Shown here: one piece after another, positions 12,643-27,160 of the stretch
Layout: each line of letters starts with the position of its first letter
Numbering within the stretch: position 1 is the stretch's first letter
Source: Octopus sinensis
Lineage: Eukaryota
Direction: 5' to 3'
DNA: 64,000 bases
NCBI RefSeq assembly: GCF_006345805.1
Contig: NW_021836294.1
Coordinates: 11,208 to 75,207 of the forward strand
Position numbers and translations under genes: made by a program
Notes under the pieces: model-generated
Databases searched by the model: none
Seen by the model: the letters and a program-made list of their open reading frames with translations, nothing else
Told to the model about the DNA's origin: nothing

Positions 12643-13109
12643 TAATTGATAAAACATTTGAATGAAATATGTTGATAGGATATTGTAATTAAAAGACCGG
12701 TAAAGGAATTTGTTTATCACTATATCTGTGGATTTAGTTTTGTCTGTAAACTGCTGAAAATGGCATCACATTGGGTGTACATTCTCACACTGAGTAGAAT
12801 GGGGAGAGAATGAAGCGAAGACGTTATTCAAACCATCATCTGAGGAGGCGCATATTACACCTTGGGTTTATTATAATTATTACACAACATCTCACCCAAC
12901 AGGTGTAGATATGCATCGAAACACTTGCAGTGAATATAAATAAAGAATGTCGCTCATTCTATTTTCTATTAGTTATTGATTTATGTAAATTTTACGGATA
13001 CTTTGGAATTTCTGGTGTCAGTCTAGTAACAAGAGCGTTTCGACTGTATGATGACATCAGGTAGCCAATAATTGTGGACGTGCTTTGCATAGCGTTCTAC
13101 AAGGTTTTT

Positions 13110-13406
13110 GCTTGTTCCTTCCCGAGCCATGCCTGGCTCATAAGGGCCGGTTCCCGGTTTCCTTGGCGTATAGTTTCCCCACCTGGAGACGCCGGTCCGT
13201 TACAGGTGAGCTGCTAGATACAGGAGAAAAGAGTGAGAGAAAGTTGTGGCGAAAGAGTCAGTAGAAGTTCGCCATTACCTTCTGCCACAGCCGCGTGGTG
13301 CTTAGGTGTTTCGCTCATAAACACACACATTTGCTCGGTCTGAGATTCGAACCCGCGATCCCTCGACCGCGAGTCCGCTGCTCTAACCACTAGGCCATGT
13401 GCCTCC
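13110..13406 (-). mobile_element. tRNA(Arg)-like SINE, family C
   Basis: Head ggaggcacatggcctagtggttagagcagcggactcgcgg; flanked by acaag(g/c)ttttt. Confidence 0.9.
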
Positions 13407-14420
13407 CACAAGCTTTTTACCTATATCTTATTTAACTATATTATAAACGTACACATAATATGTTTTCATTAATTTTGTTTCTATTTCAGTTCGACGTTTC
13501 GCAAGTTGAATTTTCGTTCATCAGATAACATAAATAAAGGAAGTGTATACATGTTTTCCAGGGGAATGTCATCGATTTCGACCACATCTATATTAGTGAC
13601 ATTGTCTGTTTGTCATAAGGTGTCGAACTGGCAGGTCTTTAGCGCGTCGTACCAAATGCTTAAAGACATTCCCTCTGGCTTTATACATTCCGAGTTCAAA
13701 TTCGACCCCAGTCGACTTTATCTCATCTTTACGGGGTCGATGTAATCGACTAGTAACTTCCTTTCATATTTCATGCCTTGACCCTAAATTGTTTGTCTTC
13801 AGGCCACCATTTGACAAATGCTTCAGCGTGTCGGACAAAATGCATCATGGCACTTCTTCCGACTCTAAGTTCTCAGTTCAAACTCCGCTGGGGTCAACTT
13901 TGCCTTTAATCCTTTCCAGATCGATAAAATAAGTATCGGTTGAGCACTGGGGTTGATCTAATCAGCTGTCCATTAAAACTGATCGTTGTTGTTGTTGTTT
14001 AACCCCGAGATACCTCTGGACGAACATTTATATGAACGAAGGTGTTCCAACTGCGACAAATTCTATTTTTGTTTTTTTTTCCATTAAAACCAATTTCTTT
14101 CGACTCAATAAACACCTATTGCTACATTGTCAAAAATGTTGTCTCTTAGAGAGAAATTTTGCTGCTCTTTCTAGCGGATCGAGCGACCGTGTAAAGGCAT
14201 CCGCCATACCATGTCCAAAAAATTAGTTGGTTTGATCAGATTGACTAACTCTAATTAATAATTGTTTGCTTAGAACAGATACGCATCAACTGGTCGCTCA
14301 ATCTATTCAATCAGGGAGAACAATCGTTATTTGAACATTGGGTTATTTTTGTTCCAAGAACCGATAAAAAAAAATATCCTACAGATGACGCTAGCTATGT
14401 CCATGGGTTCTACACACGCA

Positions 14421-14483
<63 letters not shown>

Positions 14484-14564
14484 CTCATGGCATTATCATT
14501 GTTTTATTCCGAATCATTGTTTGTCTTTCATTTTGCTATAATAACGGTGTAAAGTCAATTTGAG

Positions 14565-14599
<35 letters not shown>

Positions 14600-14784
14600 G
14601 AGAGGTTGAGTAAGAGAGAAGGCAGAGGGAATGTGACAGGATATTTATTTAGAGTTTTTTCTCAAGAGCTGTGCGTTGTATAAATCAGACCATTTAACTA
14701 ATCTCCTACCAAACAACACCGTCGTTTCTCTGTTGCTATTTGTTCTTTGGATGTATATAGCTGGTATATCATATACTCTAAGCG

Positions 14785-14840
<56 letters not shown>

Positions 14841-14843
<3 letters not shown>

Positions 14844-15218
14844 CCCGGCGTTGCTCGGGTTTTGTTTTCTTTTCGATCCTTTAGAATTGGAATTTTTGAA
14901 AAGTAAAAATTTTGCAATATTCTTTGTTATTTGTTATTCTCTTTAAGTGAACATTTTTCTGGTTGAAATACACCGAAAAATGGCGACACAGCAGTCAAAA
15001 ATTCGTAAAAAAATAGGTATTTTTATAGAAAAAAAAGCACCTTTTTGATGTAAATAATTTTTGGTCCGATTTGAAGTTTTTCTTCTAAGAAAAGAAGAGC
15101 AAGCCGCCTTCTATCATACTCTCAATTTTGGTCAACTTGCGCCGCAGGGTCTCGGAGGAGACAGTGTTAGTTGAAGGCTATCAAACCTGAAATACACAGA
15201 CAACTTCAGCTTTATATA
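14841..15218 (-). mobile_element. Non-autonomous Helitron (second subfamily) in a (TA)n tract
   Basis: Homologous to 26512-26903 and 59023-59412; retains the cccgagcaacgccggg hairpin. Confidence 0.75.
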
Positions 15219-15419
15219 TATATATATATATATATATATGTTTATATATATATATTTCACTGATACTTAATTTATCGACACCGAAAGGATGAAAGGCAAA
15301 GTCGACCTCGGCGGAATTTGAACTCAGAACGTTGCGGCAGAGGATATACTGTTAAGCATTTCGCCCGGAGTGCAAACGGTTCTGCCAGCTGGCAGCCTTT
15401 ATGTATATCAATTCCGATC

Positions 15420-16165
15420 ACGAATAGCCAACGAGAGAAAAGAAACTCTACTCCGCATGGAATTAGATGGTCGGTTCCAGCGTGAAACTAACAACTTAAA
15501 AGGCCAGGAAGCTTCATGGAGGCGGCACAGCAAGGGTAACCTAAAATGAAGACTGAAAGCTTAATCATCGCTGCCTAGGATCAGGCATTATTAACAAATC
15601 AGTGAAAAGAGATAGATATACCACACAAGTGCAACGAACCTCTGCAGAATGTATTGGAAGAGGGTCGAAAGCGTGACTCACATTGCCAGTGCTTGTGAAA
15701 GTCTTGTGCAATAAGAGTACACGTACAGACACAACAAGGTACCCCAAAACCTTCACTTGTAACGGGTGCATGGTACCAACATGCACCATAAAAGGTAATG
15801 GACGAAAAGAAGATGGCAAAATCCTTTGGAACTTTGACTTCGAGACAGACAAGGTGCTAGAACATCGAAGGCTGAGTATAGTAACCTTTAGGAGGGACAA
15901 ACAAGTGTACCTAATAATCGACATGGTTGTACCAGGAGATCAATGTATTATCATGAAAGAAAGAGAAAAGGTTGATATATATGGAGACCCGAGAAATGAG
16001 ATCGCTAAGATGTGGCAACTACGAGAGTAAAACTATGTTTGTCCCTATTGTCGTATAGTTCAATACCACCCAATTTGAGAAATATCTGAATACCTTAGAA
16101 ATACGCTACAATCTAGATTTATTGAAAAACTCGGCATTACTTGGAACTGCATTAGATGTCTTTTA
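15420..16165 (+). pseudogene. R4/Dong-like (RLE) non-LTR retrotransposon 3' fragment
   Basis: KILWNFDFETDKVLEHRRLSIV..LIIDMVVPGDQCIIMKEREKVDIYGDPRNEIAKMW resembles the PD-(D/E)xK restriction-like endonuclease (RPD..D..K..KY) region of R4-clade elements. Degenerate. Confidence 0.8.
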
Positions 16166-16351
16166 CTACAGCCAGGGCGGTTGATTGCCTTGTGAATGAA
16201 TTTAGTAGACGGAAGATGTGTGGGATCCCGTAGCACATAAATGTGTATGTGTGTGCGCGCGTGTGTCTGTGTGTCCATAATAATTGGTGCACTTGGTTTG
16301 TGAGTAGCTACTGAAGTGACAGTCTGGATAAGCTAGGGTCTTTTTTTATTA

Positions 16352-16710
16352 TTCTTTTTACTTGTTTCAGTCATTTGACTGTGGCCATGCTGGAGCACCG
16401 CCTTTAGTCGAGCAAATCGACCCCAGGACTTATTCTTTGTAAGCCTAGTACTTATTCTATCAGTCTCTTTTGCCGAACCGCTAAGTTACTGGAACGTGAA
16501 CCACGCGCATCGGTTATCAAGTGATATTGGGGTGACAAACACAGACACACAAACGTATACACACACACATACATACATACATATTTACGACAGGCTTCTT
16601 TTAGTTTCCGTCAACCAAATCCACTGACAAGGCTTTGGTCGGCTCGAGGCTATAGAAGACACTTGCTCAAGGTGCCACGCAGTGGGACTGAACCCAGAAC
16701 CACGTGGTCT
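16352..16710 (-). mobile_element. SINE family A, 5' truncated
   Basis: Matches family consensus. Confidence 0.85.
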
Positions 16711-16879
16711 TCAAGAAAAAACCCCATCAACCAGCTAATTCACATATTACAAATATAAACTGTTAGTGGAACAGTAAAAATATGCAAGCGTTTTCTCAAG
16801 CTTAGGGCCTCCCTTTGCTTGGGATGAAGGTTTGTATCTTTGTTAGAAATTGATTCCATTACAGCAAAACATTAAATAA

Positions 16880-17400
16880 CCGTAAATCCTCGACTATAGT
16901 CCGCCCTTGAGTATAATACGCAGGGGATTTTTAGGGGGCTGTACCTCTGAAAACTCTAAACCTTTTGGATAATACGCACCCCTTCTCTAACATGAGTCGT
17001 GCGTAATTAAGCCAGCAGCTCCTAGTCGAACAAACACTTCCGTGCATGCGTAATACAATAATGGTGATGTTCTTAACTGCTATATGGGAGTGTAAATATG
17101 TTTGCAAATTGTTTTTTTTACATGTTATTCTGTTTTCTGAATACTTTTATTTTAATAAATGTTGTTTACTGCAAGTTATGGATGATTCTTTTATGATTTC
17201 ATTGCTTTCAGGCTTAGCTTAAGGTATTTTCGCGCCCGACATCATAAAATGCATCTGAATAAACATTGCCGGGCAGCAAATAGAGACTCGGACATTGCTT
17301 AGAAAATATTTTTCATTTTTAACCTCGTATATAGTACGCACTTGGGATTTTGACCTTTAAATTTTAGGGGGAAATGCGGATTATACTCGAGGATTTACAG
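16880..17400. mobile_element. MITE, pogo/Tc2-like (Tc1/mariner superfamily)
   Basis: TIRs ccgtaaatcctcgactata / tatactcgaggatttacag; AT-rich flanks. Confidence 0.7.
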
Positions 17401-17429
17401 TTAACAGAGAAGTCACATACTTACATAAA

Positions 17430-18650
17430 TGTATACATACATACAGACTTGCATGTATACAAACATACACTCACTCACACACACACATACATACATATAT
17501 GTATTCATACATACACTTAGCAGCGTAGCCACAATGCATTTGTATATTTCCGTTCACGTGGACAAAAACATACGCGCGCGCGAGCATACATACCTACACA
17601 CACAAGAAAGTGGCATACACATATATGTGAGTACGTATATACATAGAAACAGTCACACACACAAGCACACACACATATGAAAGTGTACATACCTAGATGC
17701 AAATATTCACACACACACACATACCTGCATACATACATACACAAGAAACTGGCATACACACACACACACATATATGTGAATGAGTACATAGATAGACGCA
17801 AACAGTCACAGACACACAAACCCATACAGACGCGCACACACATACCTACACACAAAAGAAAATGGCACACACACATATGTGAGTGCGTACATACATAGAT
17901 ACAAACATTCACACACGCACACATACATACATACAGAAGAAAATGGCACACACACACACATATGTATATGTGAATGAATATATACATAGACGCAGTCACA
18001 GACATACAAACACATACAAACGTACACATACCTACACACAAGAAAATGACACACACACACATATATGTGAGTGCGTACATACATAGATGCAAACATTCAC
18101 ACACACACAGACACACAGTCACACTTACACACACAAAGTGGAATACACACATGTAAGTGCATACATGCATAGATGCAATGAGTCTCACTCTGTCTCACAC
18201 ACACACACACACACACACAAGAATATGGCACACACACACAAGAATATGGCACACACACACACACGCACACACGAAGAAAATAGCACACACACACACACAA
18301 GAAAATGGCACACACACACAAAGAAAATGGCACACGCACACACAAGAAAATGACACACACACGAAGAAAATGGCACACATACACACACAAGAAAATGGCA
18401 CACACACACACAAAAAAATGTCACACACACACACACACACACACACACAAGAAAATGGCACACACCCACACACAAGAAAATGGCACTCACACACACACAC
18501 ACTGGCACACACACAAAGAAAATGACACACACACACACACAAGAAAATGGCACACATACACACACCACACACACAAGAAAATGGCACACACACACACACA
18601 CACACGTGAGTGCGTACATACATAGAAACACACACACACACACAACACAT
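17430..18650. repeat. CA-rich compound minisatellite (agaaaatggcacacac...)n
   Basis: Repeated gaaaatggca anchor with variable (CA)n. Confidence 0.9.
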
Positions 18651-18894
18651 GCATAACGCATTCTACAACCATATACATTACGCTGCGTTGCAGGAAATGG
18701 ACATAAAGAGGTAATTAAAACAGCAGCATCACCACCATCAGCATCATCACCCCCACCACCACCACCACCACCATTGCCGACGACAACACAGCACATTTAC
18801 GACAATTAAAGCTACCATCCTTACCCTACCCCACCACCACTACGTCTACTGTTGCTGCTACTACTACTACTACTAGTAACACAATTATGGTAAT

Positions 18895-20120
18895 AATCCT
18901 TTCTACTGGAGACACAAGGCCCCTAATTTGTAGAGAAGGGATGAGTAGATTACATCGGCCCCAGTGTTTCACTGGTACTTATTTTATCGACCCCCGAAAG
19001 GATGAAAGACGAAGTCGACCTTGGCGGAATTTGAACTCAGAACGTAAAGAGCCGCAAGAAATACTCCTGAGTATAACATTGTCTGACCGTCTGACAATTC
19101 TGCCAGCTCGCTGCCTAAAGAAGAACAATAGCAATCCTTTCTACTAAAAGCTGAAGGCCTTGAAATTTGGCGGGAGGGGACAAGTCGATTACATCGACCC
19201 CAGTGCGTAACTGGTACTTAATTTATCGACCCCCGAAAAAGATGAAAGGCAATGTCGACCTCGGTGGAATTTTAACCCAGAACGTAGCGGTAGCTAAACA
19301 TTTCGCCCGGCGTGCTAACGATTCTGCCAGCAACAACAAGAAGAACAATACTCCTTTCTACTATAGGCACAAGGCCTGAAATTTTGGGGGAGGTGATAAG
19401 TCGATTACATTGACCCCATTGCGTAACTGGTACATAATTTATCAACACTAAAAGGATGAAAGGCAAAGTCGACTTCGGCGGAATTTGAACTCAGAACGTA
19501 GCGGCAGACGAAATACCTATTTCTTTACTAACCCTAACCAACAAGGGGCTAAACACAGAAGGGACAAACAAGGGCAGACAACGGATTAAGTCGATTCTAT
19601 CGCCCCCCAGTGCGTAACTGGTACTATTTAATTATCGACCCCGAAAGGATGAAAGGCAAAGTCGACCTCGACGGAATTTGAACTCAGAACGTAGCGGCAG
19701 ACAAATACCTATTTCTTTACTAACCACAAGGGGCTAACACAGAAGGGACCACAAGGGCAGACAAACGGATTATCGATTCTAATCGACCCCAGTGCGTAAC
19801 TGGTACTTATTTAATCGACCCCGAAAGGATGAAAGGCAAGTCGACCTCGACGGAATTTGAACTCAGACGTAGCGGCAGACGAAATACCTATTTCTTTACT
19901 AACCACAAGGGGCTAAACACAGAAGGGACAAACAAGGGCAGACAAACGGATTAAGTCGATTCTATCGACCCCAGTGCGTAACTGGTACTTATTTAATCGA
20001 CCCCGAAAGGATGAAAGGCAAAGTCGACCTCGACGGAATTTGAAATCAGAACGTAGCGGCAGACGAAATACGGCTACGCATTTCGCCCGTCGTGCTAACG
20101 ATTCTGCCTGCTCGCCGCCT
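18895..20120 (-). mobile_element. Cluster of SINE family B and alternative-tail variants; ends in head + 4 bodies
   Basis: Repeated gaccccgaaaggatgaaaggcaaagtcgacctcg; head at about 20075-20120. Confidence 0.85.
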
Positions 20121-20499
20121 TAGCAACAACAACTGCAATAAAAACAACAACAATAACAACAACAGCTTACAGCACTGCTAACACCACCGCAATAATAGTA
20201 ACAGAGGCAAGATAAAACATCTGCTGACTCGATAAGAGAAAGAAGGAAAATCCAAAAGATTGAAATATGTGTTAAAAGTATTGGGTTACAGTTGTTTTGT
20301 AACAGGAAGTAGTTTACAATATGCCGGACATTGTAGCAGTAGTGGGGTTGGCGTATAAAGTCACAGGTAACAAATGAAGAGACAATCACGGTTTCGAATT
20401 CCGATGTATATGCTATATCCCAAACGTTTTTATTTAATCTGTTGTTGGCTGGTTTACGGTGAAAGATGGCTCAGTTCTTGTGTAGGGTGTATATTGTAA

Positions 20500-21015
20500 C
20501 GATGACGGTATAGGATGACGGTGTAAGACGACGGTAGAGGATGACGGTGTAAGACGACGGTAGAGGATGACGGTGTAAGACGACGGTATAGGATGACGGT
20601 GTAAGACGACGGTAGAGGATGACGGTGTAAGACGACGGTAGAGGATGACGGTGTAAGACGACGGTAGAGGATGACGGTGTAAGACGACGGTAGAGGATGA
20701 CGGTGTAAGACGACGGTAGATATGACGGTGTAAGACGACGGTAGAGGATGACGGTGTAAGACGACGGTAGATGATGACGGTGTAAGACGACGGTAGAGGA
20801 TGACGGTGTAAGACGACGGTAGAGGATGACGGTGTAAGACGACGGTAGAGGATGACGGTGTAAGACGACGGTAGAGGATGACGGTGTAAGACGACGGTAG
20901 AGGATGACGGTGTAAGACGACGGTAGAGGATGACGGTGTAAGACGACGGTATAGGATGACGGTGTAAGACGACGGTATAGGATGACGGTATACGATGACA
21001 GGGTAAGACGACGGT
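20500..21015. repeat. 26-bp minisatellite (acggtagaggatgacggtgtaagacg)n made of two 13-bp subunits
   Basis: About 19 near-perfect units. Confidence 0.95.
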
Positions 21016-21824
21016 GTATAGTACATGTTTCTCATCGTAACAATGACCGTATAAAATGACTGTATAAGACGGTCGTATAAGGTATATATTACTCAAACGC
21101 TTTTACTTAAGGTGGTTTTATTGGCTGGTTTGCGGTGAAAGATGGTTCAGTTCATGTAACTCGTGTATAAGGTGGATATTGTAACCATGATGGTATCGAG
21201 CGAGCAAACTAGTGACAATAGAAGAGCACTGGAATTTGTCTCTTTGGTTGAGAGCGTGAAACACGCATGCACTACGAATTGGACCTTATCCATCAAGTGA
21301 AGCAACGGGTGATGGTATCATGAGAGTATCCCATCTGCTAAAACCTGTTCCCCGGTGGATTAGTGCGAATTAATGAGGAACTCGTTGAGTCTGTTCTTTT
21401 AGAACTGAACAGTTCGACCGGAAAGCTAAGAGCAATATCGAATTTCTCCATCTTGAAACATGGAAACCATTTTTACGCATTTCTTTCAGTAACACCATCT
21501 TCTCCGTACACAACACGGATACCTCGATCGCTTTCGGTATCTTTGGAATTTCGATGGAAAGCAAGGAGACGCAGGCGTAGTAAATGATTAATTTTTCTTT
21601 TTATTTAGCTTTCTATCAAAATTTATTTGAAAGTGATAAAATTTATTCAAATTTCAAAAGCGATAAAAAGTTGTAGAGAAAGAATAGGGCTACAAAAAAA
21701 TAAAATAAAATAAAATAAAATAAAAATAAGCATGAAACTTTAACATAAGAGTAATTTTAGTATTAATTCGAATAACATTTGAAAGAAACGGACGAATTTA
21801 TCTGATGCCCCCCACCCCGTGTAT

Positions 21825-22440
21825 TGATTTCAAATATTGGCATAAGGACAGTAATTACGGGGGAAGTGGGTGAAATCGGTTACAACGACCCCAATAATCA
21901 ACTGGTACTTACTTTATCGTTCCTGAAAGGGTGAAGAATAAAGTCGACCTCGGGGGAATTTGAACTCAGAACAAAAGTGGGCGAAATTGCGTTATGCATT
22001 AATGGCCGACGTGCTAACGATTCTTATTTCTTTATTGCCCACGAGGGGCTAAACATAGAGGGGACAAACAAAGACAGACAAATGGATTAAGTCGATTATA
22101 TCGACCCCAGTGTGTAACTGGTACTTATTTAATCGACCCCGAAAGGATGAAAGGCAAAGTTGACCTCAGCGGAATTTGAACTCAGAACGTAGCGACAGAC
22201 GAAATACCTATTTCTTTATTACCCACAAGGGGCTAAACATAGAGGGGACAAACAAGGACAGACAAACGGATTAAGTCGATTATATCGACCCCAGTGTGTA
22301 ACTGGTACTTAATTTATCGACCCCGAAAGGATGAAAGGCAAAGTCGACCTCGGCGGAATTTGAACTCAGAACGTAACGATAGACGAAATACCGCTAAGGA
22401 TTTCGCCCAGCGTGCTAACGTTTCTGCAAGCTTGTCGTCT
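21825..22440 (-). mobile_element. SINE family B dimer adjacent to an older alternative-tail copy
   Basis: Family B consensus. Confidence 0.85.
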
Positions 22441-23579
22441 TCACGGCCGCAAATATCAATCATGAAATTTAAGCTGGACAAGCTGAAAATCAATCAGCAC
22501 GTTCATACTGAAATACAATATATACATATTTTTGGCCCTTTTTCTAATTATGCCTCGGGAAAATAAATATATATATGTACATGTACACACACATCCCTGG
22601 CCCTTACCAGCTGAAGAGAGGCTCAGAGAGTTAGTGGCAGTTGTTGGGAACAAAGTCTTTGATATTCAATCGCAACCAAAGTAAATACAAACACGATGAA
22701 AACCGTAAACAAAGCCTCAATGTCTTACATTTCTAAACAATAAATCCCGGAGGGTTACATTCTTGAAATATGAATGCTGATGATGTCTGGCTTAAAATCT
22801 AAAACACAGAGCTTGTTCATCGTAGTCAGCTGCACTAGGAATGTATTTTCATAAATATATATGCATGCATGTATGTATATATGTATGGAATAGATTTATA
22901 TACGCATGCGTGCATGTGCATTATATTGGTGAGTATGATATATATATGTGTGTGTGCGTGTGTGTGTGTATGGATGTATAGATGAATGAATGTATACACA
23001 TACACACGCACGTACATAATATATATATCTATGTATATATATATATCTATAATTGTTTATGTGACCATATATATAGGGAGAATTCACAAAAAAAACAACA
23101 AAAGATGAAGACAGGCGGTGTAGACAACAAACAGATGTATTAGTATAACGCTCGGGAAGTGAAAAAAGTCTTTAAAGTTTCGAGCCTACGCTCTTCCACA
23201 GAAAGGAACACAGTTTAGAAAGTATTAAAAGAAGTTGAGATGTATGTATAAATGGGTAGCAAAGATGTACAAGTGTCAATTCATTACGGCCGTTTGAAGC
23301 GACACCTTTGAATAATGAAAACATTACATCATTGCAAAGATACCGTTTTCGTCAATGACCGCATAGACTTCAAGCACACAGGAGAAACAAACTGCTTTAA
23401 CATATTCACATGTGTGTGTATGTATGTATGTATGCATATATAGGTATATATATCTATGATTGTGTATGTATGTATAACTGTGCGTGTGTGTGTTAGTTTC
23501 TTTATAGAAAATATTTACTGCTAAAACGTTATCTCGTACCATCCTCAAAGAACATAAAATTCTTTATGATGACAACTGT

Positions 23580-24110
23580 GCCGTATGTTATATAATTTCG
23601 AAACTTAATTCATAAGGGACCTCAATATAAATATTTAATATCTACTTAGTTGCAATGAAGCCTTGAATTATATAATATAGTATATATGCAGGAAATACAT
23701 ACATTGTTTATAATTTAAATTTATATATAAATTGTATAAACAAGAGGCACCTAGTTGATCGCCTCGTGTTTTATATATTTAATCTAAGGTGTTCCTGTTG
23801 AGGAAGATTTCACCTAGCGAGTAAATATTATTTATTTGCTAAACTAAAATCAGAAGCCAATTGGTCCAGGAAACTAGATGGTAAAATGTTTTTATTTTTT
23901 CATTTCGTTCCTGTCGAATTTTATCCCTAATATTGTGGTTATAGAACCTAGCTGTTCTTTCTAGCGTGTTGAATCACACGAGTGGATTCCTTATGTGTTT
24001 GAATGTATACTGTATATATACCTAATGTAGGATAAAAATTTTTCGAAAAAAATGTTATCAATGGCCAGCATATCAAAAAATACCTTTAAAGGTTAAATTT
24101 ATAAATAACT
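23580..24110 (-). pseudogene. Highly degenerate Penelope-like RT fragment
   Basis: Minus-strand peptides KNFYPTL and IQHARK..FYN resemble Penelope FYPSI and I.HARKSLLF motifs; many stops. Confidence 0.45.
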
Positions 24111-24727
24111 TATAAAATAATATAATATATATAAAATAAAATAACTTGTAAAATAAAATAAAAAATATATATATATATATATATATATATGACAGGCTTC
24201 TTTCAGTTTCCGTCTACCAAATCCACTCACAAGGCTTTGGTCGTTCCGAGGTTATAGAGAGCATGTGGTTGGGAAGCAAGCTTCTTACCACACAGCCAGT
24301 TCTACACACACACACACACGACGAGCTTCTTTCAGCTTCCATCAAACTAATCCACTCACAAGGTTTAGGTCGGCCCGAGATTATAGTAGGAAACATTTGC
24401 CTAGGGTGCGAACCAGAAACGTGTAACTGGGAAGTAAAGTAGAACGAACAACATTATCTGACAACCCAATACAAAATGTCGGCTTTCTTTGTGTTTTAAC
24501 ATTACCGTTGTAGAGTTTTTGTGAGTTCGTTTTGTTTTGTTTTATCTTTTTTTCTTCCACTGGTCCACGCTTCTATTTAGACAGCAGAGACTGTTTGCTG
24601 TAAGCAAAATATCACTTCGATTGAGGAAAGGTAGAGAGAGAGAAATATTTTTTAATTCATGCTGGGCTAATGTGCGTAAAATATGTATGAACAGAGGCAA
24701 GCAAATATAGAAGACCGTGTCTATCTA

Positions 24728-24768
<41 letters not shown>

Positions 24769-25094
24769 GTGTGTGTGTATGTGTGTGTGTGTGTATGTGT
24801 GTGTGTGTGTATGTGTGTGTGTAGGAGTGGAAGGAGATACAGGGAGGGGTGGGGAGAGAGAGAATGATGGAATTCCGTTCGTTTATTGTTGACTACTAAA
24901 ATATTTTCCCACAAAAGACTTTAATAGATTATATCCGGTATTTTCGGTATATGTGTGTGTATGTCTGTGTATGTGTGTGCGTGCGTGCATTCGTAAGTAT
25001 CTATGTGTATACGTGTGTACGTGTATGTTTGTGCGTAGTGTAATTGTATAAATGCATGTGTATGCGTGCATGTAGGTATGTATGTACCGCTCAT

Positions 25095-25830
25095 TCCCTC
25101 TCTCTCCTCTATACACACACACGTCTTTCTAATCTATTTATATAGATATGTATGTCTCTATCTATCTATCTGTCTATCTCTGTTTCTGTCTCTCCCTCCC
25201 GCCTTCTCTGTCTCTCTCGTACTCTCTCTCTCACTCTCTAGCTGTCTATCTCGCTGTCTCTGTTTCTTTCTCTCCCTCCCTCCTTCCCTCCCTCTTTCTG
25301 TCTGTCTGTCTGTCTCTCTCGTACTCTCTCTCTCTCTCCAGCTATTTATCTCGCTATCTCTATTTCTGTCTCTCCCTCCCTCCTTTCCTCTCTCTTTCTC
25401 CGTCTCTCCCCCTCTCTCTCCAGCTATCTATTTATTTATCTATCTCTGTCTCTCCCTCCTTCTCTGTCTGTCTGTCTCTCTCTCTCGTATTCTCTCTCCA
25501 GCTGTCTATCTATCTCGCTGTCTCTGTTTCTTTCTCTCCCTCCCTCCTTCCCTCCCTCGTTCTCTATCTGTCTGTCTCTCCCTCCCTCCTTTCCTCTCTC
25601 TTTCTCCGTCTCTCCCCCTCTCTCTCTCCAGCTATCTATCTATCTATCTATCTATTTCTGTTTCTGTCTCTCCCTCCTTCTCTGTCTGTCTCTCTCTCTC
25701 TCTACTCTCTCTCTCTCTCTCCTGCTGCTATTTATCTCGCTGTCTCTGTTTCTGTCTCTCCCTCCCTCTTTTCCTATCTCTTTCTCCGCTCCTCTCTCTC
25801 TCTCTCTCCAGCTATCTATCTATCTACCTA
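25095..25830. repeat. Polypyrimidine CT-rich compound repeat with higher-order units
   Basis: Recurring ctccagctatctatc / tctcgctgtctctgtttc blocks. Confidence 0.9.
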
Positions 25831-26511
25831 TCAACAACATCGGTGAACTGAACTTTTGATGAAAATTGCTCCGTTGACAATACTTCAATGTGCCACACTT
25901 GATCGTACTGTATGCGTGTGTACATGGAGGGTGTGTGCATGCGTGTGTGTGTGTGTGTGTGTTCGTGCATATGTGTGTATGTGTGCGAGTGTGCGTACAT
26001 GCATGTACATACTCATGTGTATGTCTATTAAAGACTAAACAGGTTTCACCGTATAATTCTAAACTGTCAGCCCCTAAAACTATGGTGACACACACATATA
26101 GACTTAAATCCCTACCTTACGACTCGTCAAAAATGTCTGCCTATCTTCTTGACTGCATACGTGCCTACCTTCATCCACCCATCCATGCATACATATTTAT
26201 ATACATACATGTATCCTTATGTGTGTGTGTGTGCGCAAATGTATGTCTGGAATTCACAAAATTCTTTATTAAACTCAACGATCGTTTCCATCAACGATAC
26301 TACGCAATTGATTATGATGCCTTCTTCGGTACAGATGTCCCTCGTCAGGTAACATTTCAAAAGTGACCGATAGAATAAGTACTAGGCTTACAAAGAATAA
26401 GTCCTTGGGTCGATTTGTTCGACTAAAGGCGGTGCTCCAGCATGACTACAGTAAAATAAATGAAATAAGTAAAAGAGTGAAAGAACATGTCTGTCTGTCT
26501 GTGTGTATATA

Positions 26512-26903
26512 TCTCTCTATATATAAAGCTAAAGTTGTCTGTGTATGGCAGGTTTGGTAGCCTTCAACTAACACTATTTCCTCCGAGACCCTGCGGCGTA
26601 AGTTGACCAAAATTGAGAGTATGATAGAAGAAGGCTTGCTCTTCATTCCGTAGAAGATAAAATTCAAATCAGACCATGTTAACACCAAAAATTATTCACC
26701 TCAAAAAGGTGCTTTTTTCTATGAAAATCCCTATTTTTTACGATTTTTTTTACTGCTGTGTTGCCATTTTTCTGTGTATTTCAACCAGAAAAATGTTCAC
26801 TTAAAGAGAATAACAAGCTAGATAATGCAAAATTTTTACTTTTCGAAAATTCCAATTCTAAAGGGTCGAAACAAACCCGAGCAAAGCCGGGCGATACTGC
26901 TAG
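26512..26903 (+). mobile_element. Non-autonomous Helitron
   Basis: 5' TC after A; 3' hairpin then ctgCTAG. Confidence 0.85.
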
Positions 26904-26946
<43 letters not shown>

Positions 26947-27124
26947 ATATAATATATATATATATATATAAGTGCCAGCGCACGAAACTCTCAGCCCTTG
27001 AGTCTCTCTGTTACTCCTGCTAAATATTAATAAAAATATCCATATACTCATATTTTGACTTCAATTTTTCCTGTTTGCATTACAATGCGCGCGCGCGCGC
27101 ACATAAACACACACACACACACAT

Positions 27125-27160
<36 letters not shown>

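Noticed and set aside
13330-13406. tRNA-Arg gene
   Set aside because: It is the head of a TSD-flanked SINE, continuous with the SINE body, and the acceptor stem does not close properly.
26250-26356. Possible exon ending cag|gtaac (EFTKFFIKLNDRFHQRYYAIDYDAFFGTDVPRQ)
   Set aside because: No clear acceptor, no recognisable homology, no partner exons.
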